Source: Octopus vulgaris
Taxonomy: Eukaryota
Direction of reading: 5' to 3'
Length of the DNA stretch: 64,000 nt
NCBI GenBank assembly: GCA_951406725.2
Contig: OX597819.1
Span: 77,376,001 to 77,440,000 of the forward strand
Both the position numbers and the translations under genes were made by a program. This document shows, one piece after another, positions 27,455 through 42,628 of the stretch. Positions within the stretch are counted from its first letter, which is position 1, and every line of letters begins with the position of its first letter. Below the pieces are notes generated by a model. That model saw only the letters and a program-made list of their open reading frames with translations, did not search any database and was not told the DNA's origin.

Positions 27455-27722
27455 GAAGGTTTGAAAATGCAATTTTAAAGATGTTAATTCACTCGACCGG
27501 TTTCACTTTTTTAGTAAATGATTGTCAAAAGTATAATGTAACGCTTTGTAATAGCTTTGTTGTGTTAAGTACTGGTTGTCATATTGTAATATTTTGTGAC
27601 AACCAATACTTAACACAACAAAGCTTTACATTTTACTTTTGTCAATCTTTTACTAAAAAAAGTGAAACCGGTCATGTGAATAAACATCTTTAAAATTGCA
27701 TTTTCAAACCTTCTTTCATATA
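27446..27722. repeat. ~275-bp foldback palindrome next to (TA)n
   Basis: GAAAGAAGGTTTGAAAATGCAATTTTAAAGATG...CATCTTTAAAATTGCATTTTCAAACCTTCTTTC. The arms pair almost to the centre. Confidence 0.92.
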
Positions 27723-27760
27723 TATTTCCACTCGTGCGGTACCTTACAACTTCACTTTGT

Positions 27761-27828
<68 letters not shown>

Positions 27829-29539
27829 TGAGACAGAGATAAGATCATTGATTAGAGAACAAACATCAAATTCGGGTCAACGATTTCATGTAATCCCACG
27901 CTTCTATACATTTTATCCTATACAAATAATACCATGGCCTTCAACATATAAAAGAAATAGATATATAAACACTAAAGGTAAAAAATACATATATGCACAT
28001 ACAAAAATACTTAAAAATACAAAAAGCGTTTGATTGAAGCCAGTGCCTTGCTTTACTCCAACGACTGGGAAAGGTTCCGTCTGTAGTACCCAAATTAGGT
28101 CGTGGTAGACAGACCGTCTTGAAATTGCACGACAATCTCCACAATTTTGTCTGGTCAACGATAACTTTTGAGCAGAGACTGCAAGCCCTCACTTCTCACA
28201 CTGTAGAAAGTCTTCGTAAAGTTAATATATGCGATGAGAGGTGGAACACGTTGTTCTATAAACTTTCCTTGGATTTGCCGTAAGATAAAATCATATCATT
28301 GATATTCCTAGATATATTAAATCTGGCCTTCTGTCTAGCTTAGAAATATGTGTGTATGTGCATGTATAAATGTGTATGTTAGTATGTGTACGCGTCTGTA
28401 ACAGTTAGTGCGTTTGCGCATGTGCTTTTTGTTTGTTTGTGATATACATTTCATAGTACTGTTTTTCATTGAATGAGAACTATCATCTGTGCGTTAGATG
28501 AAAGCGCTTGATCTACGTAGTAAATGATTTCGTTATAACACAACTATGTTGGTTGACTATTCAGAATTTACATGATAATACTTTATCTGACACACACGCA
28601 AAAATAAGAATACATTTCAAACAACAAACGCCAATGTCAACAACTCATATACATATACACACGTCACATATTATTGTTGCTGTCTTTATTTTTCAATTTA
28701 TTTATTGTTATTTTTTGTTACAGGATAGTGTGAGGTATTTATAATGAATGACTGACCTATATTTGAAAGGATTTTCACCAGCTTCACAACGCCGATATTT
28801 ACATACTTTATGAAGAAAATCAACAGTGTTAGGTGAGCCAGACGATTTATGTCCGACCATAGCTTGAAGTTCATTTGGTTTGATTGAATAGATTACGCGA
28901 CATACACTTAAACCTTAAACTGGCTATATTAACAGCATGAGTTAAGTGACCTCACAGATAGAAAGATTGATAGCTAGTTAGGTAGACGAATTATTAAAAT
29001 GAATGATGTAATCTAGACTTCAATACAGTATCAAAATACTCAGTTATCCGTTTTGTTTAACGCTATAACTCTCATTATTTCTCTTTTTGTGCATGTGTGT
29101 TATTGATTTTACTGCCAGGATAATAGATGATGGTGAACAATTTTAACTGTTTGTCTAAGAAACTTATTCCAAGTATTACAAAGGGCCAAAGGAAACAATC
29201 AACCTTGAACAACTGCTAATCCTATGCAAAGCCTTTACAACACCCTTGATTAGAAAACCGCATGCAGATTCTAGGATCTGCGTTTAGTTATTATTATCAA
29301 ACTACTAAAGAGCAATAGATAGGTAGAATCAAAAATAGATCAACAAGCAAGTTGTTTGCTTATATTTACTTACGTTTCGTAGAGTTCTAAGTTCATAACA
29401 CCAAATACATCAACTTAATCCTTTCATCCTTCGTGGGTCGATAAAAGAAAATTCGTGCAACTCCCCGGTATTACTTTGTCGCTACCATTTTCTCTTAATG
29501 CTTCAAAGTGAGTGTTAAATACACTAAATTTTCTCGGCT

Positions 29540-29910
29540 TGTGGGCATGGATGTGTGGTTAAGAAACTCGTTTTACAACTCCGTGATTTCAGGTTCAGTC
29601 CCACTGGCCTTTTACTATAGTTCCAGGCCAATCAATGTCTTACGGGTGAATTTGGCAGGTGGAAACTATATGGAAACCTACCATGTGTGTGTATTTGTAC
29701 TTGTCTCTCCCCCATAGCATGACAACTGATGAATACGGGTGCTGATCTGTTTACGTTCCCGTAACATAGCGGTTCAGCAAAAGAATAAACAGAATAAATA
29801 CCAGGTTTTAAAATTACATGCTGAAGTCGATTTGTTCACCCAAACCCTTAAAGGCAGTCTCTTCATAGCCACAGTCCAATGACTGAAACAAGTTAAAGAG
29901 AAAAGATAAT
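29540..29910 (+). mobile_element. Diverged SINE family A
   Basis: TGTGTGGTTAAGAA...GGTTCAGTCCCACTG...CCACAGTCCAATGACTGAAACAAG. Confidence 0.65.
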
Positions 29911-31187
29911 TTTGTCTTCCAGTTTAATGGTGCCTGAAAAGTCAACAATGCTTATCTTCTTCAAATTGAAGGTTTTAAATGACCTTTTGGGAAGTGAGAT
30001 AAAACCTGTTTATTAATCCTTTCCACTATAGGCACAAGAGCTGAAATTATTGGTGGGTGGGGCGGTTAGTCGAACATTGAGCACGGTACTCAACTGGAAA
30101 TCAATTAGGCTGCATGTTCTAATAATTTTGCTTTACTATCGAACATCTAGTGCATGAAGGACATTCAGCTAAAAGAAGCACTGAAGAAATAAAGCCTCCG
30201 AAAGAAAAACTAACCTATTCCGCTAATGAATATGTATTTATACAAAGTGAAAATTACTATAACCACGCATTATCTAAAGCTTGGTATAAGGTTAAACTTT
30301 ACGATATCCCGAATCCCACTACTAATAAAATATCCGATACGATATTAAATATGGAAATCTTGATGGACAGTGCGATAAGAGTAAATACATTAAGTAAAGT
30401 AAATAGTCCATTCAACTATAGGAACAAGGCCTGAAATTGTTGGGGAGGGAGAGAGTCGATTACATTGACCCCAGTACTCTACTGATACATAATTTATCGA
30501 CCCCGAAAGGATGAAAGCAAAGTCGACCTCGGTGGCATTCTATCAGCTCGCCGCCTGAAGTAAGGTAAATAATAGCAAGAATAATAACACTAATACGATA
30601 GGTAAGCGAATCTTAAAGACAAACATACTGACACAATAATTTTGATTAATATTAATAGGCGTAGAGGTAACTCTGAATACAGTAAAGGTATGGTTGTTAT
30701 AAACATTACAAATAATAACAAAGAGTGTATAGATTTGATTAACTTAAAGCATTAGAATTATGGCAAGAAAACGTCAAATTTTAGCAATAAAATTAAGGAT
30801 TATGAACATGGAGGTAATTCCACGAATGTTAGTACTACAAAAAATGTCTACGTAGATGAAAGGAATACTAAATCAAAGAATATTATCAGGTATAATGAAT
30901 GATTTTCATCTTACATTAATACTAATATTCCTCGGAAATTCTTTGTAGCACTTGTTAAATATTTCCCACCTTTAAGTGCGGTAAATTATTAAATCACCAT
31001 AAAGTAAAATTTTCTTATTCAGCCATCAGAAATATAGCAGATATCGCAGTACATAATAAAGGTACAATTTAAAGAGTATATCAACTTTAAAATAGTAAAC
31101 CCAAGTAGGAATGATAGGATTAATTGCGCGATAAACTGTAATACTAACTGACCTGAAGGAGTTTATACTTGTAGGTGTCAGAATGTT

Positions 31188-31332
<145 letters not shown>

Positions 31333-31599
31333 TTAACAGTGAAAGTAATAATATTACTAATGATAATAATGATAAAGTTAATCTCGACTCTAATGTATAC
31401 ATAAATAATGATTTAGATGCTGATTTAGCGGAAATAATCATCATGTCTTGATACTTTAGGTGAAAGTAAATCCAACGGTGAAATTGATAATACCTTTAAG
31501 ATAACACCTAGTAACAATACTGCTAATAATCCTGTTTTAACATCTAATTCTGAGGGTAGCGTTAGGACTTCTTAGGAACGAACAAACTCCTTTCTACTG

Positions 31600-31985
31600 A
31601 AAACAAACTTATGTGTCCTTTAGAACATCGTTGTTTAAGAAAGAATCTAGAATGTCAATATATGGCAATTGCAGGTGATTGTACGTATTATTACACTAGT
31701 TCACAATTTAGAAATCTAGGTTATATAACCATTCTTCTTCATTTAAGTTTAGGAAAAGATGTAATTCTACGAATCTTAGAAGATGCATTAGAGATTTGAA
31801 AAGCAAAAACATTAAAAACGATTTGAGGTAGTTAATTTATAAGTTAAGCTCCACTGTACAATACTGGTAATTTTAAATGTGATCTTTGCCTTGAAGAAAT
31901 GTATTATGCAATTAATTTAAAATAAAAATTATTAAATTCTAGAATCAATCTTACATTGAAATGTCCGCATAAATATTTCAATAAG
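31600..31985 (+). pseudogene. Penelope-like element GIY-YIG endonuclease remnant
   Basis: CPLEHRCL upstream motif and C-terminal KCDLCLEEMYYAI...LLNSRINLTLKCPHK, the Cys/His-rich GIY-YIG end of some PLEs. Many stops and frameshifts. Confidence 0.55.
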
Positions 31986-32534
31986 AAGCACCTTCATTGT
32001 GACTGTCTTTCCTTTAATTTATTAAGCATAATTTTTCTAAATTAAAAAAAAAATTATTTTTGAACATTCCTAAATAACCAAATAAGTAAATATACTAACG
32101 TAACATTTCTACGTATATTTTTATACTTTCATAAGTTTAAATATTCAACTGGCTTTTCTCAGTATATAATATTTCTTCTTAACACTCTTTGTGTCTACAT
32201 TCATGCATAGCCATTATATCAGTTCACTTTGAATTCAAGCCGTTACTTTGATAACATTGCGCTCGCTTAAATTTCTAATGTAATGAAATTTACAATCGAT
32301 CCAATACGCATCGATTTCGTAATTTGTATTTTTTTCTATGTCTAAAAATGCTTTCACAATGGAAATGATCGTTGGTCCTGTATGATGTAATCCTCAAATA
32401 AAAATGGTATTCTCCATTTTTGTTCATATTATTTTCTGTCTATCTATTTATCTATATATCTGTCTATACGCGCACACACACACGTGCACACACACACACA
32501 TACACACACACACACACACACATACCCTTTAAAT

Positions 32535-32748
32535 TTACTTTACTTTTTCAGTCATTTTACTGCGGTTATGGAATTTTTTTTTAGTCGAGCAAATCGACCC
32601 CAGAGCTTATTTCTTAAAGCTAGTACTTATTCTATCGATCTCTTTTGCTGAACCGCTAAGTTACAAGGACGTAAACACACTAACGCAGGTTGTCAATGAT
32701 GTCGGTGATGGGGGACATACACAAACTCAAAGATACATCAACATATAG

Positions 32749-32788
<40 letters not shown>

Positions 32789-32949
32789 GACGGGCTTCTT
32801 TCAGTTTCTGTCTATCAAATCCACTCAAAACCTTTGGTTGGCCCGATGCTGTAATAGAAGACACTTTCCCAATGTGCCTAGCGGTAGGACTGAATCCGGA
32901 ACCATAAAGTTGGAAAGTAAGTTTCTTGCCACACAGCCACGCCTGCGCC
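32535..32949 (-). mobile_element. SINE family A (partial second copy 33040-33180)
   Basis: Ends CCACACAGCCACGCCTGCGCC, the reverse of the head. Confidence 0.8.
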
Positions 32950-32960
32950 TACATACATAC

Positions 32961-32991
<31 letters not shown>

Positions 32992-34339
32992 CATACATAC
33001 ATACATACATACATACATACATACATACATAGGTAATAGATTTCCACACAGTTTCTTTCTACCAAATTCACTTATTTGGTCCACCCGGGGCTATTGTAGA
33101 ATACGCTTGCCCATGATACCGCGCAATAGGTCTGGACCCGAAACTATGTGGTTACAAGCAGACTTCTTAACTACACAACCAAGTTTTCACTAATACGAAA
33201 ACATCATAGTTGTTATTATTGTTATCCTTTCAAGTAATTTGTCTTTTGTAGGTTTTAATTTTTTTGTTGTTTTTTTTTTGTTAATGTGTCTCCTATTTGT
33301 TGTGCATTCGCTTTCTGTTGTCTCTAGTCCCTTGGGGCTATTGATCTGAAAAGAAATTCTTTATCGAAAATAAATTTACCTGGCAGTCATTAAGAGAGGA
33401 AAGGAGTGGGGGAAGATTTTCCTAATCAATGGCTCTCTTTTGCCACAAGTGAAGACTTCCCCCTCTGCTGGTAATCCAACAGAATCACCATTGCCGCTGT
33501 CATTGACATAGTTACAGAGAGAAAATGAGGTATTTGGAGCAGTAACGGCAACACAACCTACTGAACAAACAACAATATTAGCAAATTAACGCGTCTTGTA
33601 ACAATGACGATAGTAAGAACAATAGCCACAAGTACTGAACACCAAGGGCAATAACAACGGCGAAGTTAAAGAAAAGAAAAAATAGCAACAACAGAGTTGA
33701 GATGAATAATAACGCCAACAACATCGAAAGCCAGAAGAGGGAAGATTCAGGAACAACGACAGCAGTAGCAATACATTTTATACTGCTAAGACCACCACCA
33801 CCACCACCACCACCACTATCTTGACCATCATCATCACCAATACCACCACAATCACCACCATCATCATCATCACCACTACCACCATAACCAGCACCATCAT
33901 CACCACCACCGCCACCGCCACCACCACAATCACTACTAATACTATCAACAAAGTAAAGAACGAGACTGCGTTGCCAGCTTCTATTTGTACAAGCGGCAAT
34001 GGTTTCATCCACACAGCTAGCACAAACAAAGTTGTTTCCTTCTTCGAACATCGCCACGGTATCGATATTTTTGATCGGGTATGAGCCCCAGGAAGCTCTT
34101 CGGACGAAAGCAAGACGCACATCGTGGAACCTGAAATTCGAGCGCTGCTAGAACAAAATGAGCCCTCCATAAACTAAAAGTGTGTCAACCACAAACCAGG
34201 ACGCGTAGACAACACATTACGAACGGTAAAATGTGCCTGTAAGACCCCCCAAGGCTTCCTCATGCAATGAAACCAATAAACTCTCTCACAAAACAACAGA
34301 AATAACTGCAACAGCAGCAAATTTATTGAAATATATGTA

Positions 34340-34690
34340 CGAGGATCGGTTGAAAAGTTCGTAGGCTGATCAAGATACTTTCATGGAATGTGACCAATTG
34401 AAGTTTATTTTTAAACATAGTCCCTCTTGAGGTCCATACACTTCATCCGTCGGTGTTGCAGTACTTGGATCCCATTGATGAAGAAATTTTCATGCTGTTG
34501 GTCAAATGAGTCATCAACAACAGATATGACGTCATTACAACTACGGCACTGGTTCCCAGCCAAGTGTTTGTTTGTTTGTTTTTTTTTTTGTTTGTTTTTT
34601 TTTTTTGTTGAAGAACAGATGATAGTCAGATCAGATCAAACCAGACGAATACGGAGGATGAAGAACAACCATATCAAAGCCACAGTCTTC
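34340..34690 (-). mobile_element. Mariner 3' end fragment
   Basis: TA|CGAGGATCGGTTGAAAAGTTC TIR-like end. Minus strand KCMDLKRDYV* matches the mariner C-terminal KC...GDY motif. Confidence 0.65.
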
Positions 34691-35080
34691 TTTGAACAGT
34701 CAGATGCCAGTTTACCTGGAAAGAAACAATACAGTTACTTATTAATAAGAAGAACCTGAAATTAATGCGTGCAAGATTTTATAGCTCTAGCTTCACTCCT
34801 TCATAGTCAGTCTATGGACTTTTCAGCCCACCCTCACAATGTAAAACTATTGAACGTAATATAAGACGTTTGTGTATTTTTACTGGTTCCGGTCACCGAT
34901 TCGCAGCCATGCTGGAACACTGTCTTGAAGGGTTTGGTCTATTATATCAACTCCAGTTTTTAATTGTCTAGTATTTTGTTTTTCTTTTCGATTTACGTTT
35001 AACGAAGAATATAACTTTCTCAGGCACCACCGGTTTTATACCAACAAACATGAACAGAGACACAAACTACAATATATATT

Positions 35081-35117
<37 letters not shown>

Positions 35118-35120
<3 letters not shown>

Positions 35121-35312
35121 AAAATTTACGAAAATAAACAAAAGACGAAGGCAGGTGGAGTACAAACAAACAAATGTATTAGTATAGCGCTCAGGAAGAG
35201 AAAAAGTCTTTTACGTTTCGAGCCTACACTCTTCGACAGAAAGATACACAGAAAAAAAAGGAGAAAAACAAGGAGAGAAAAAAACGCGTGTATGAGCTAA
35301 CGATCTATCATG
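35118..35312 (-). mobile_element. Small microsatellite-embedded repeat with minimal hammerhead-like motif (35207-35244)
   Basis: Minus strand TCTTT-CTGTCGA-AGAGT GTAG GCTC-GAAACGTA-AAAGA. Shares TTCCTGAGCG with the 9195 element. Confidence 0.6.
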
Positions 35313-36270
35313 GCGTACATACATACACTCATTCATGCATGTAAACATACAAGAATGCAAATGTGTGTGTGTGCATGTGTGCATGTATGCGTGTGTGTGT
35401 ATGTGTGTGTGTCCATGTGTATCAACATCGTCATTATCATCATCGTTTATATTTAACATCTGTTTTCACGTTGGCATGGATTGCACAGAATTCTATGTGT
35501 CCAAGGACTTCATCATTCTGCAATGTCTGTTTTGGAATGGTTTCTTAACTTAGCAAAAGGAGTCAGAATTACTAGAAAGAAGGAGTATTATCAACTCCAA
35601 ATTTGATAAAAAAAAAAAAAAAGCAAAGCCAAACACAGCGATTATTGAACTTATACCAGAAAGGGGCATTATTCAACGCTTCGAAGTATTTTGTTTAGTA
35701 TCTGCTGTTTCTGACAATCTACTGGTCACTTTCCATTATAAATAAGAACGGATATTTACTGGACATATTATATGTCTGGATTGGTTTGGGTGTATTCCAG
35801 GTAGTTTACTTTTTTACATATCACATATTACAAACTTTTAATTTGTATAACTATTGCCACACACACACTCACACACACACACATACACACGCACACACAC
35901 TAATACACACACACACACATTCGCATACATTCACAAATGATACACATAAACCTGCCTATTAGGCCGGAGTTCATCCTGGTTTCCGTGTCATTTAAGTGAC
36001 TTAGAAGTCTCCTACACTGAAAAAAAATTGGGACCATCGAAGGTCAACCACCCGCCATTACCTTTCACTGTTAACCATTTTCAGCCGCTGAGTGCACTAA
36101 AGCAACGAGAAATGAATTGCCTTGCTCAGAAACACAACACGTTTCTTAATCAAGAATTGATCACAACCTAAAGAACGTAAGCTCAACATCCAAACCAGTA
36201 TGCTAAGCACTTTTATCTTCCCTCTTTCTCACATTCTCTTCCTCTCCAGCTCTCTCTATCTCTCTCTCTA

Positions 36271-36302
<32 letters not shown>

Positions 36303-37041
36303 ATACAGCACAAACATACAACTCCCTATATGTATGCATGTATGTATGTATGTATGTATGTACGTACGTATGTATGTATGTATGTATGTATGTATGTATG
36401 TATGTATGTATGTATGTATGTGTGCATATATACATCTGTGTGTGTGTATGTGCGTGCGTGTGTACCTGTGTGTGTAGGTAAAAAAATACAAATAAAACGA
36501 GTGGAGTTAAAAGATGAGGTGGAAACATAGTACATATAGGTAGACAAAAGAAATGTGGGATTGGAAAAGCGTAAAAATATAAGGGGAAAAAAACAGCAAT
36601 AGAAGAAGTGTGCAATAAAAATATGTACGCCAATGGAAGAAACAGAAGAGAATCAAGCGCTTTGCTTAATACTCTTTATAAAAGAAAAGAATGAGAGCAG
36701 ATAGAATAAAAATGTACAATACTGTATTTAGGGCATCTGTTTATACAAGCATAGTATGTGTGTGTGTGTGTTTGTGGTTGTGTGTATGTAGGCAGGTAGG
36801 TAAATTTGACATGCTTCGCTTTCAACTACATAGGTATATATATATATATATATATATTAAATCATATTTTGATTTGGGTGGATTGTGTTCTCAGTTTACA
36901 AACCTCCCCTGACATTAGATATGGTGTTAAACACTTATAGAATGCAAATTAGTGACTCCAGTTCTCCGGAGCTACTGGATTCGATGTGTATATAAAAAGA
37001 TTGGCTTCTGGTATCTCTGGGATTGGTTACGTGACGTAACC

Positions 37042-37084
37042 GCCGCTGATGAAACCGTAGGACAGGCCGAAAATCGATAAAGGC
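37042..37084 (+). ncRNA. Degenerate hammerhead-like motif
   Basis: GCCG-CTGATGA-aaCCgtaggacaGGcc-GAAA-ATCGAT-A-aaGGC. Palindromic stem III, weak stems I and II. Confidence 0.4.
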
Positions 37085-37550
37085 TCTTCAGTATTTTTTT
37101 CAATCTACAAAGAAATAGGTAAATCTGATACATTTGTATATCTTACACGCACACATGCACACATTAGTTTCTTACACATACAATCAAATTCCGCTCATAA
37201 GTTATTAGTTAACACATAACTCACATGGCTACAGTGAAAAAAATAGTTGCCCAAAGGAGACCGAATCCAAACTACACTGGATTTTTTCTATGATTATTAT
37301 TTTTTCCCCTTATTTTATAGTTTCTAACCCTCTACTTTTCTTTCTATCGCCTTTCTTTCTATATTCCAGTAGATTCACAGAACAATATTTTATCTATCCG
37401 GTCTATTAAAACAGTCCACAGTCAAGGCTGACCATTAAAATAGATAACAAAAATAAAAAAAAAGCAACCATTCTAATAGTAATGATGACGACGACGACGA
37501 TAACAACGAAGTTAGTGGTGATCATGGTGATGATGATGATGATGATGATG

Positions 37551-37618
<68 letters not shown>

Positions 37619-37868
37619 TTTTAAATGATCATCCAAGTTTCATTTACTGTGTGTCGTCTTTATTTTATGTATCTATTTTATTTTATTTATTTGTCGTTTC
37701 TCCTCCTCTTTCTTCTCTGCCACCACCACCACCACCACTACTACCACCACCATCTTCTCATTTCCCGCCGATTTTTCATACATTGAAATATGAGTGCCAA
37801 GCAGACCAGAAAATAATAACCTCCGGTGAAAATCAAAGAATGGAAGATCACACACACACACACACGCG

Positions 37869-37911
<43 letters not shown>

Positions 37912-38316
37912 GCAAACACGACATACGCGCACTCATATGCGCTCACACTCGCTAATGCGTGCGCACTTGCGCACACATGTACACAGATGCCAAGCACATC
38001 GCATACAAGCACATGCTCCAATATACCAATAACTATCCAAACTCACACACACACACACACACACATACACACATACACACACATACACACACGCACACGC
38101 ATACACACACACACGCGTAAACACGCCCAAATAGACGCATATTCATAGACACATGTACGGATATGATTGCGTATATACTCGCATACATATGCATTCGTTT
38201 TATCGACATTATTATAAACTCATTTGCACATACATATACCTATGCATTGCATATCCACACGAGCATCCACTTATATTTTCATACATTAACACGAAAACAC
38301 ATACATGCATGCAGCC

Positions 38317-38357
<41 letters not shown>

Positions 38358-38913
38358 TATATATTGATATACATACGTGTAAAATAGATATTCAGCTATG
38401 TACGAATACATACTGACACACGCATATACAAACAACAAACATGCGCGCACACATATATAAATATACATGTACTCATAGATACATTTAAACATGAATTACA
38501 TACATAGATAAATATACACATACACATACAACATACAAACACACACACACATACACACACACACACACATATACACGCACGCACACATACACACTGGCAC
38601 ATACATACATACATATATATAAGCAAAAGAACATATGCAGATACGCAAACGATGCACATACTCACAAGCATGGACATGCATATAGACACTCATACACACA
38701 AACACAGTCACATGCGTGCACATGCATGCACACACACACATTCAAGCATGGACATGCATATACACACACATACACACAAACACAGTTACATGCGTGCACA
38801 TACATGCACACACACACACACACATACAAACATACACGCAAACACAGTTACATACTTGTACATGCATACACACACATACACACATACACACAATAACACA
38901 CACTCACACACGC

Positions 38914-38952
<39 letters not shown>

Positions 38953-39577
38953 TACACACATACACACAAACATACACACACACACACACAGAATATGAAC
39001 AGATACATGAACGAAGAGACATACATGCACACAGTCGTATGTGTACACACACACACATACACACACACACACATACACACACACATACACACATACACAC
39101 ACACACATACACGCTGTCATACACATTCAAATAGATCAAACAATATACGAAGAGATGGTCTAAATGACAAGCAACTCATTAATTATTCATTGAACCGCCT
39201 GGATTAGATGTTTATTAGAAATGTAGTTATGCTGTGTTTTGTTTGTTTTCTTATTTTTCTTGTTGTTTTTGTTGTCGTCGTAGCCGTTGTTGTTGTTGCT
39301 GTTGTTGTTGTTGCTGTTGTTGTTGTTGTTGTTTTCGTCGTAGCCGTCGTTGATTTTGTTGTTGCTGTCGTCCTTATGCATTTATGCAATGTATTTACAG
39401 AGCAAAAGTCGAAATATAATGTGTTGGCATATTTAGCTTCTAACACACTGGTTGGTTTTGGGTGCGGTGGATGCACGATCGAGGAAGGTGAATGGGGTGG
39501 ATGAATGTATAGAGGGGAGGGAGTGGGATTGGGTGAGTAGCTCGATTGGCTGATTGGCTCATACACACAGAAAAAAA

Positions 39578-39656
<79 letters not shown>

Positions 39657-39664
39657 ATATTTTA

Positions 39665-39723
<59 letters not shown>

Positions 39724-39742
39724 GTATATATAAATATATATA

Positions 39743-42628
39743 TAACTTAGAATAACTTAGAAAGGTGTTGGCCAGTATTGGCCCAGGCCATGTCTAACTT
39801 AATAGCACCACCTGGCGAAGTCTTTCAATTCAGGATTTGGGCACCAAGGCCCATTCGAGCAGAGAGTTATTGTTTGCGGAGACATATCCGGGTGTGGGTG
39901 GTTTGTCCGGGACTGTTTGAAGGAATTTGTCCAAAGACTTCTTGAATTTTGTGTGGTCAGTTTCTTTTTTGACGTGTCCTGGTGTAATGTTGAAGAGAGC
40001 GGGTCCAATTGAGGTGAAATAGTTGTGCCGTATTGTCGTTATGTGATGCGATTTAGATTTTTGTTGTGGACGGATGGCACGTGGTCCAAGCCTTGGATGT
40101 ATTTTGAAGGTGATGCCAACATCATTCGGACAGTGCTGATGGAATATTTTCCACATCATACAGATAATGTAGCGTTCACGGCGTCGTTGGAGTGAATACA
40201 ATTTCAGCTTCTCTAGTCTACCCCAGTAGTCAAGGTCTGACATGCCATCTATCTTTTTTGTGATTGACCTTTGGGGAGCTTCAATTCTCATAATATTTTG
40301 TTTTGTGTAGGGAGACCACAGTGGACAGCAGTATTCAAGGTGGGGTCGGGCAAAAGTGGAGAAAAGAAGGATAATAGTGTGGGAATCTCTCGACTGGAAG
40401 GTTCTGAGAATCCAGGAACACATTCTGCGGGCCATGTCAACTTTGCTGCTTATATGTGTAGCCCAGCTTATGTTGTTGTCCACTGTTACTCCCAAGTCTA
40501 TGATGTTGTTGGATGCCATGAGAATTTCTCCAGAAGGAAGAGAGTATGGGAGTTTCAGAGCGTCCTCCCTTCCAAAGTGGATCAGTTCGAATTTGTCTTC
40601 ATTTAGCAACATGTTATTCTTTTCCGCCCATTGGACAACAGCCAGTAGGTCTGACTGAAGGTTTATTCGGTCATCCACGCCATTGATGACCTTCTGGAGC
40701 TTGGAATCATCAGCGAAGGTTCTGATGTTACTGTGTTTGATGGTGTCAGTAATATCATTTATGTAGATGATGAAGAGAAGTGGGCCCAACACAGTGCCTT
40801 GTGGGACACCACTGCTGACTTTGGCTGGGCTGGATTTGACTCCTTCGACTACAACATGTTGGGTTCTGTTAGACAGGAAGCACTTGATCCACTGCAGCAG
40901 CTTTCCAGTGACACCAATATTGGACAGCTTTCTCAGAAGGATCTTATGGTCAACCCTGTCAAAGGCCTTGCTGAAATCAAGGTAGATGACATCAGTGTTG
41001 GAACCCTCTCCCAAGGCTCTCAAAATGTCATCAAAATGATGCAGTAGCTGCGTCAGGCAATCTCTCCCATTACGGAATCCATGCTGGTTGGAGTTCAGCA
41101 TATTATGACTCTCAAGGAAGTGAGTCATACGCGATCTCAGCACTCTCTCAAATACCTTAATGATATGAGAGGTGAGTGAGATTGGACGGTAATTCACGGC
41201 AAGCGATTTGTTTCCTTTTTTGAAAACTGGGACAACAGACTGAGATAGAAGGTCTTCTGGTATATATCCAGCATCCAGTGAGTTCCGCCACAGATTGGCT
41301 AGAGGGGGTGCAAGTTGGTTTTGACACATCTTCAAGACACAAGCAGGGAACCTATCGGGACCTACTGCTGAATTATGCTTCATTTCCTTTATTGCTGCTA
41401 AGACATCAGGAGCGCCAAATGTTATGTCCGATAAAGTGTATTGGGGAGTAACATCACTGATACAGCCCAGATTAGTCATATCAGGATTGCTGAAAACAGA
41501 GCAATATTGTTTCTGCAATATCTCTCCCATGGTTTTGGCATTGTCTTGAAGAGTACCATTTTCATCAATCAGAGGGCCAACAGTAGAACCAATGACTCTG
41601 TGTTTCTTTGCAAATGAAAAGAACACTTTGGGATTGAGTTTGATCTTCTCAATGGCCCAGGCCTCTTCAGCTCTTCGCTGACTATTGATGATAGACATCA
41701 TGTTGTTTTGGAGTTTATGTTTTTTAATCTCTAGCGACGAGATTGCAGTCAGGTTGGTGTGTTGCTGTTGACAGTATTTCAGCTTGTTGATCTTTTTGTT
41801 AATTCTTTTAATTTTTCTGATGAGAGATTTTCTATTTCTAGGGATTCGACACTTAGATTTGTTTGCAGATCTTAATGGGGTGTGTCTTGCACATATGTTC
41901 GTAATGGTGTCTACAAGTGACTGCCAGGACTTTTTGATGTTAGTGGGTGTGTATGTGTGCGTGAAGGACCAATCGACTTGTGCAAGATCATTATTGATCG
42001 CTTCCCAGTTTGCATTGTGGAAATCCATAGTGTCAAATGGATGAACAGGAGGGATGACATTTGTTTTGCATTTTGGCCAGTGAAATCTCAGATCACAGAG
42101 AACCATGTCATGGTCGGAGAGTAGGGTTTTCTCCACTGCAATATTGTGGATAGTATCAGTGTGATTGCTGAAAATTAAGTCTAAGACGTTTTTATGACAT
42201 CTCGTTGGTTCGAGTACCAGTTGGGACAGGAAGAAATCATCCATGAAGTCAAGAAGCGATTCCACTGCCTCCCTGTCAGGGGTTGAGAGAGAAGAACCTG
42301 GCGGCAGACTGTTTGTAGACCAGTCAACCCCGGGAAGGTTGAAGTCTCCCATCATTAAAATGTTGTCAGGTTGACACTGCTGAATGAAACACTTTATGCT
42401 GTTGAGGAATTCCTTGAAGCATGGTAGGGGCGTTTGGGGTGGTCTGTAGAGCCCAACTACTGTTAAGTTGTTGGTTGGACTGAATACAGCGACTGCTTCG
42501 CAGTATCCATTGGAAAATATGTTCATGGCTTCTGTTGAGAATGAATCATGAACATAAATGGCAGTCCCACCCTTTCTTCTGCCAGCACGATCAGCACGAA
42601 TGGTTTTGAAATTTTTGAAATTTTTTGA

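Noticed and set aside
39541-39560. Double CCAAT box (GATTGGCTGATTGG; also ~61722)
   Set aside because: Short motif with no associated transcription start or gene evidence.
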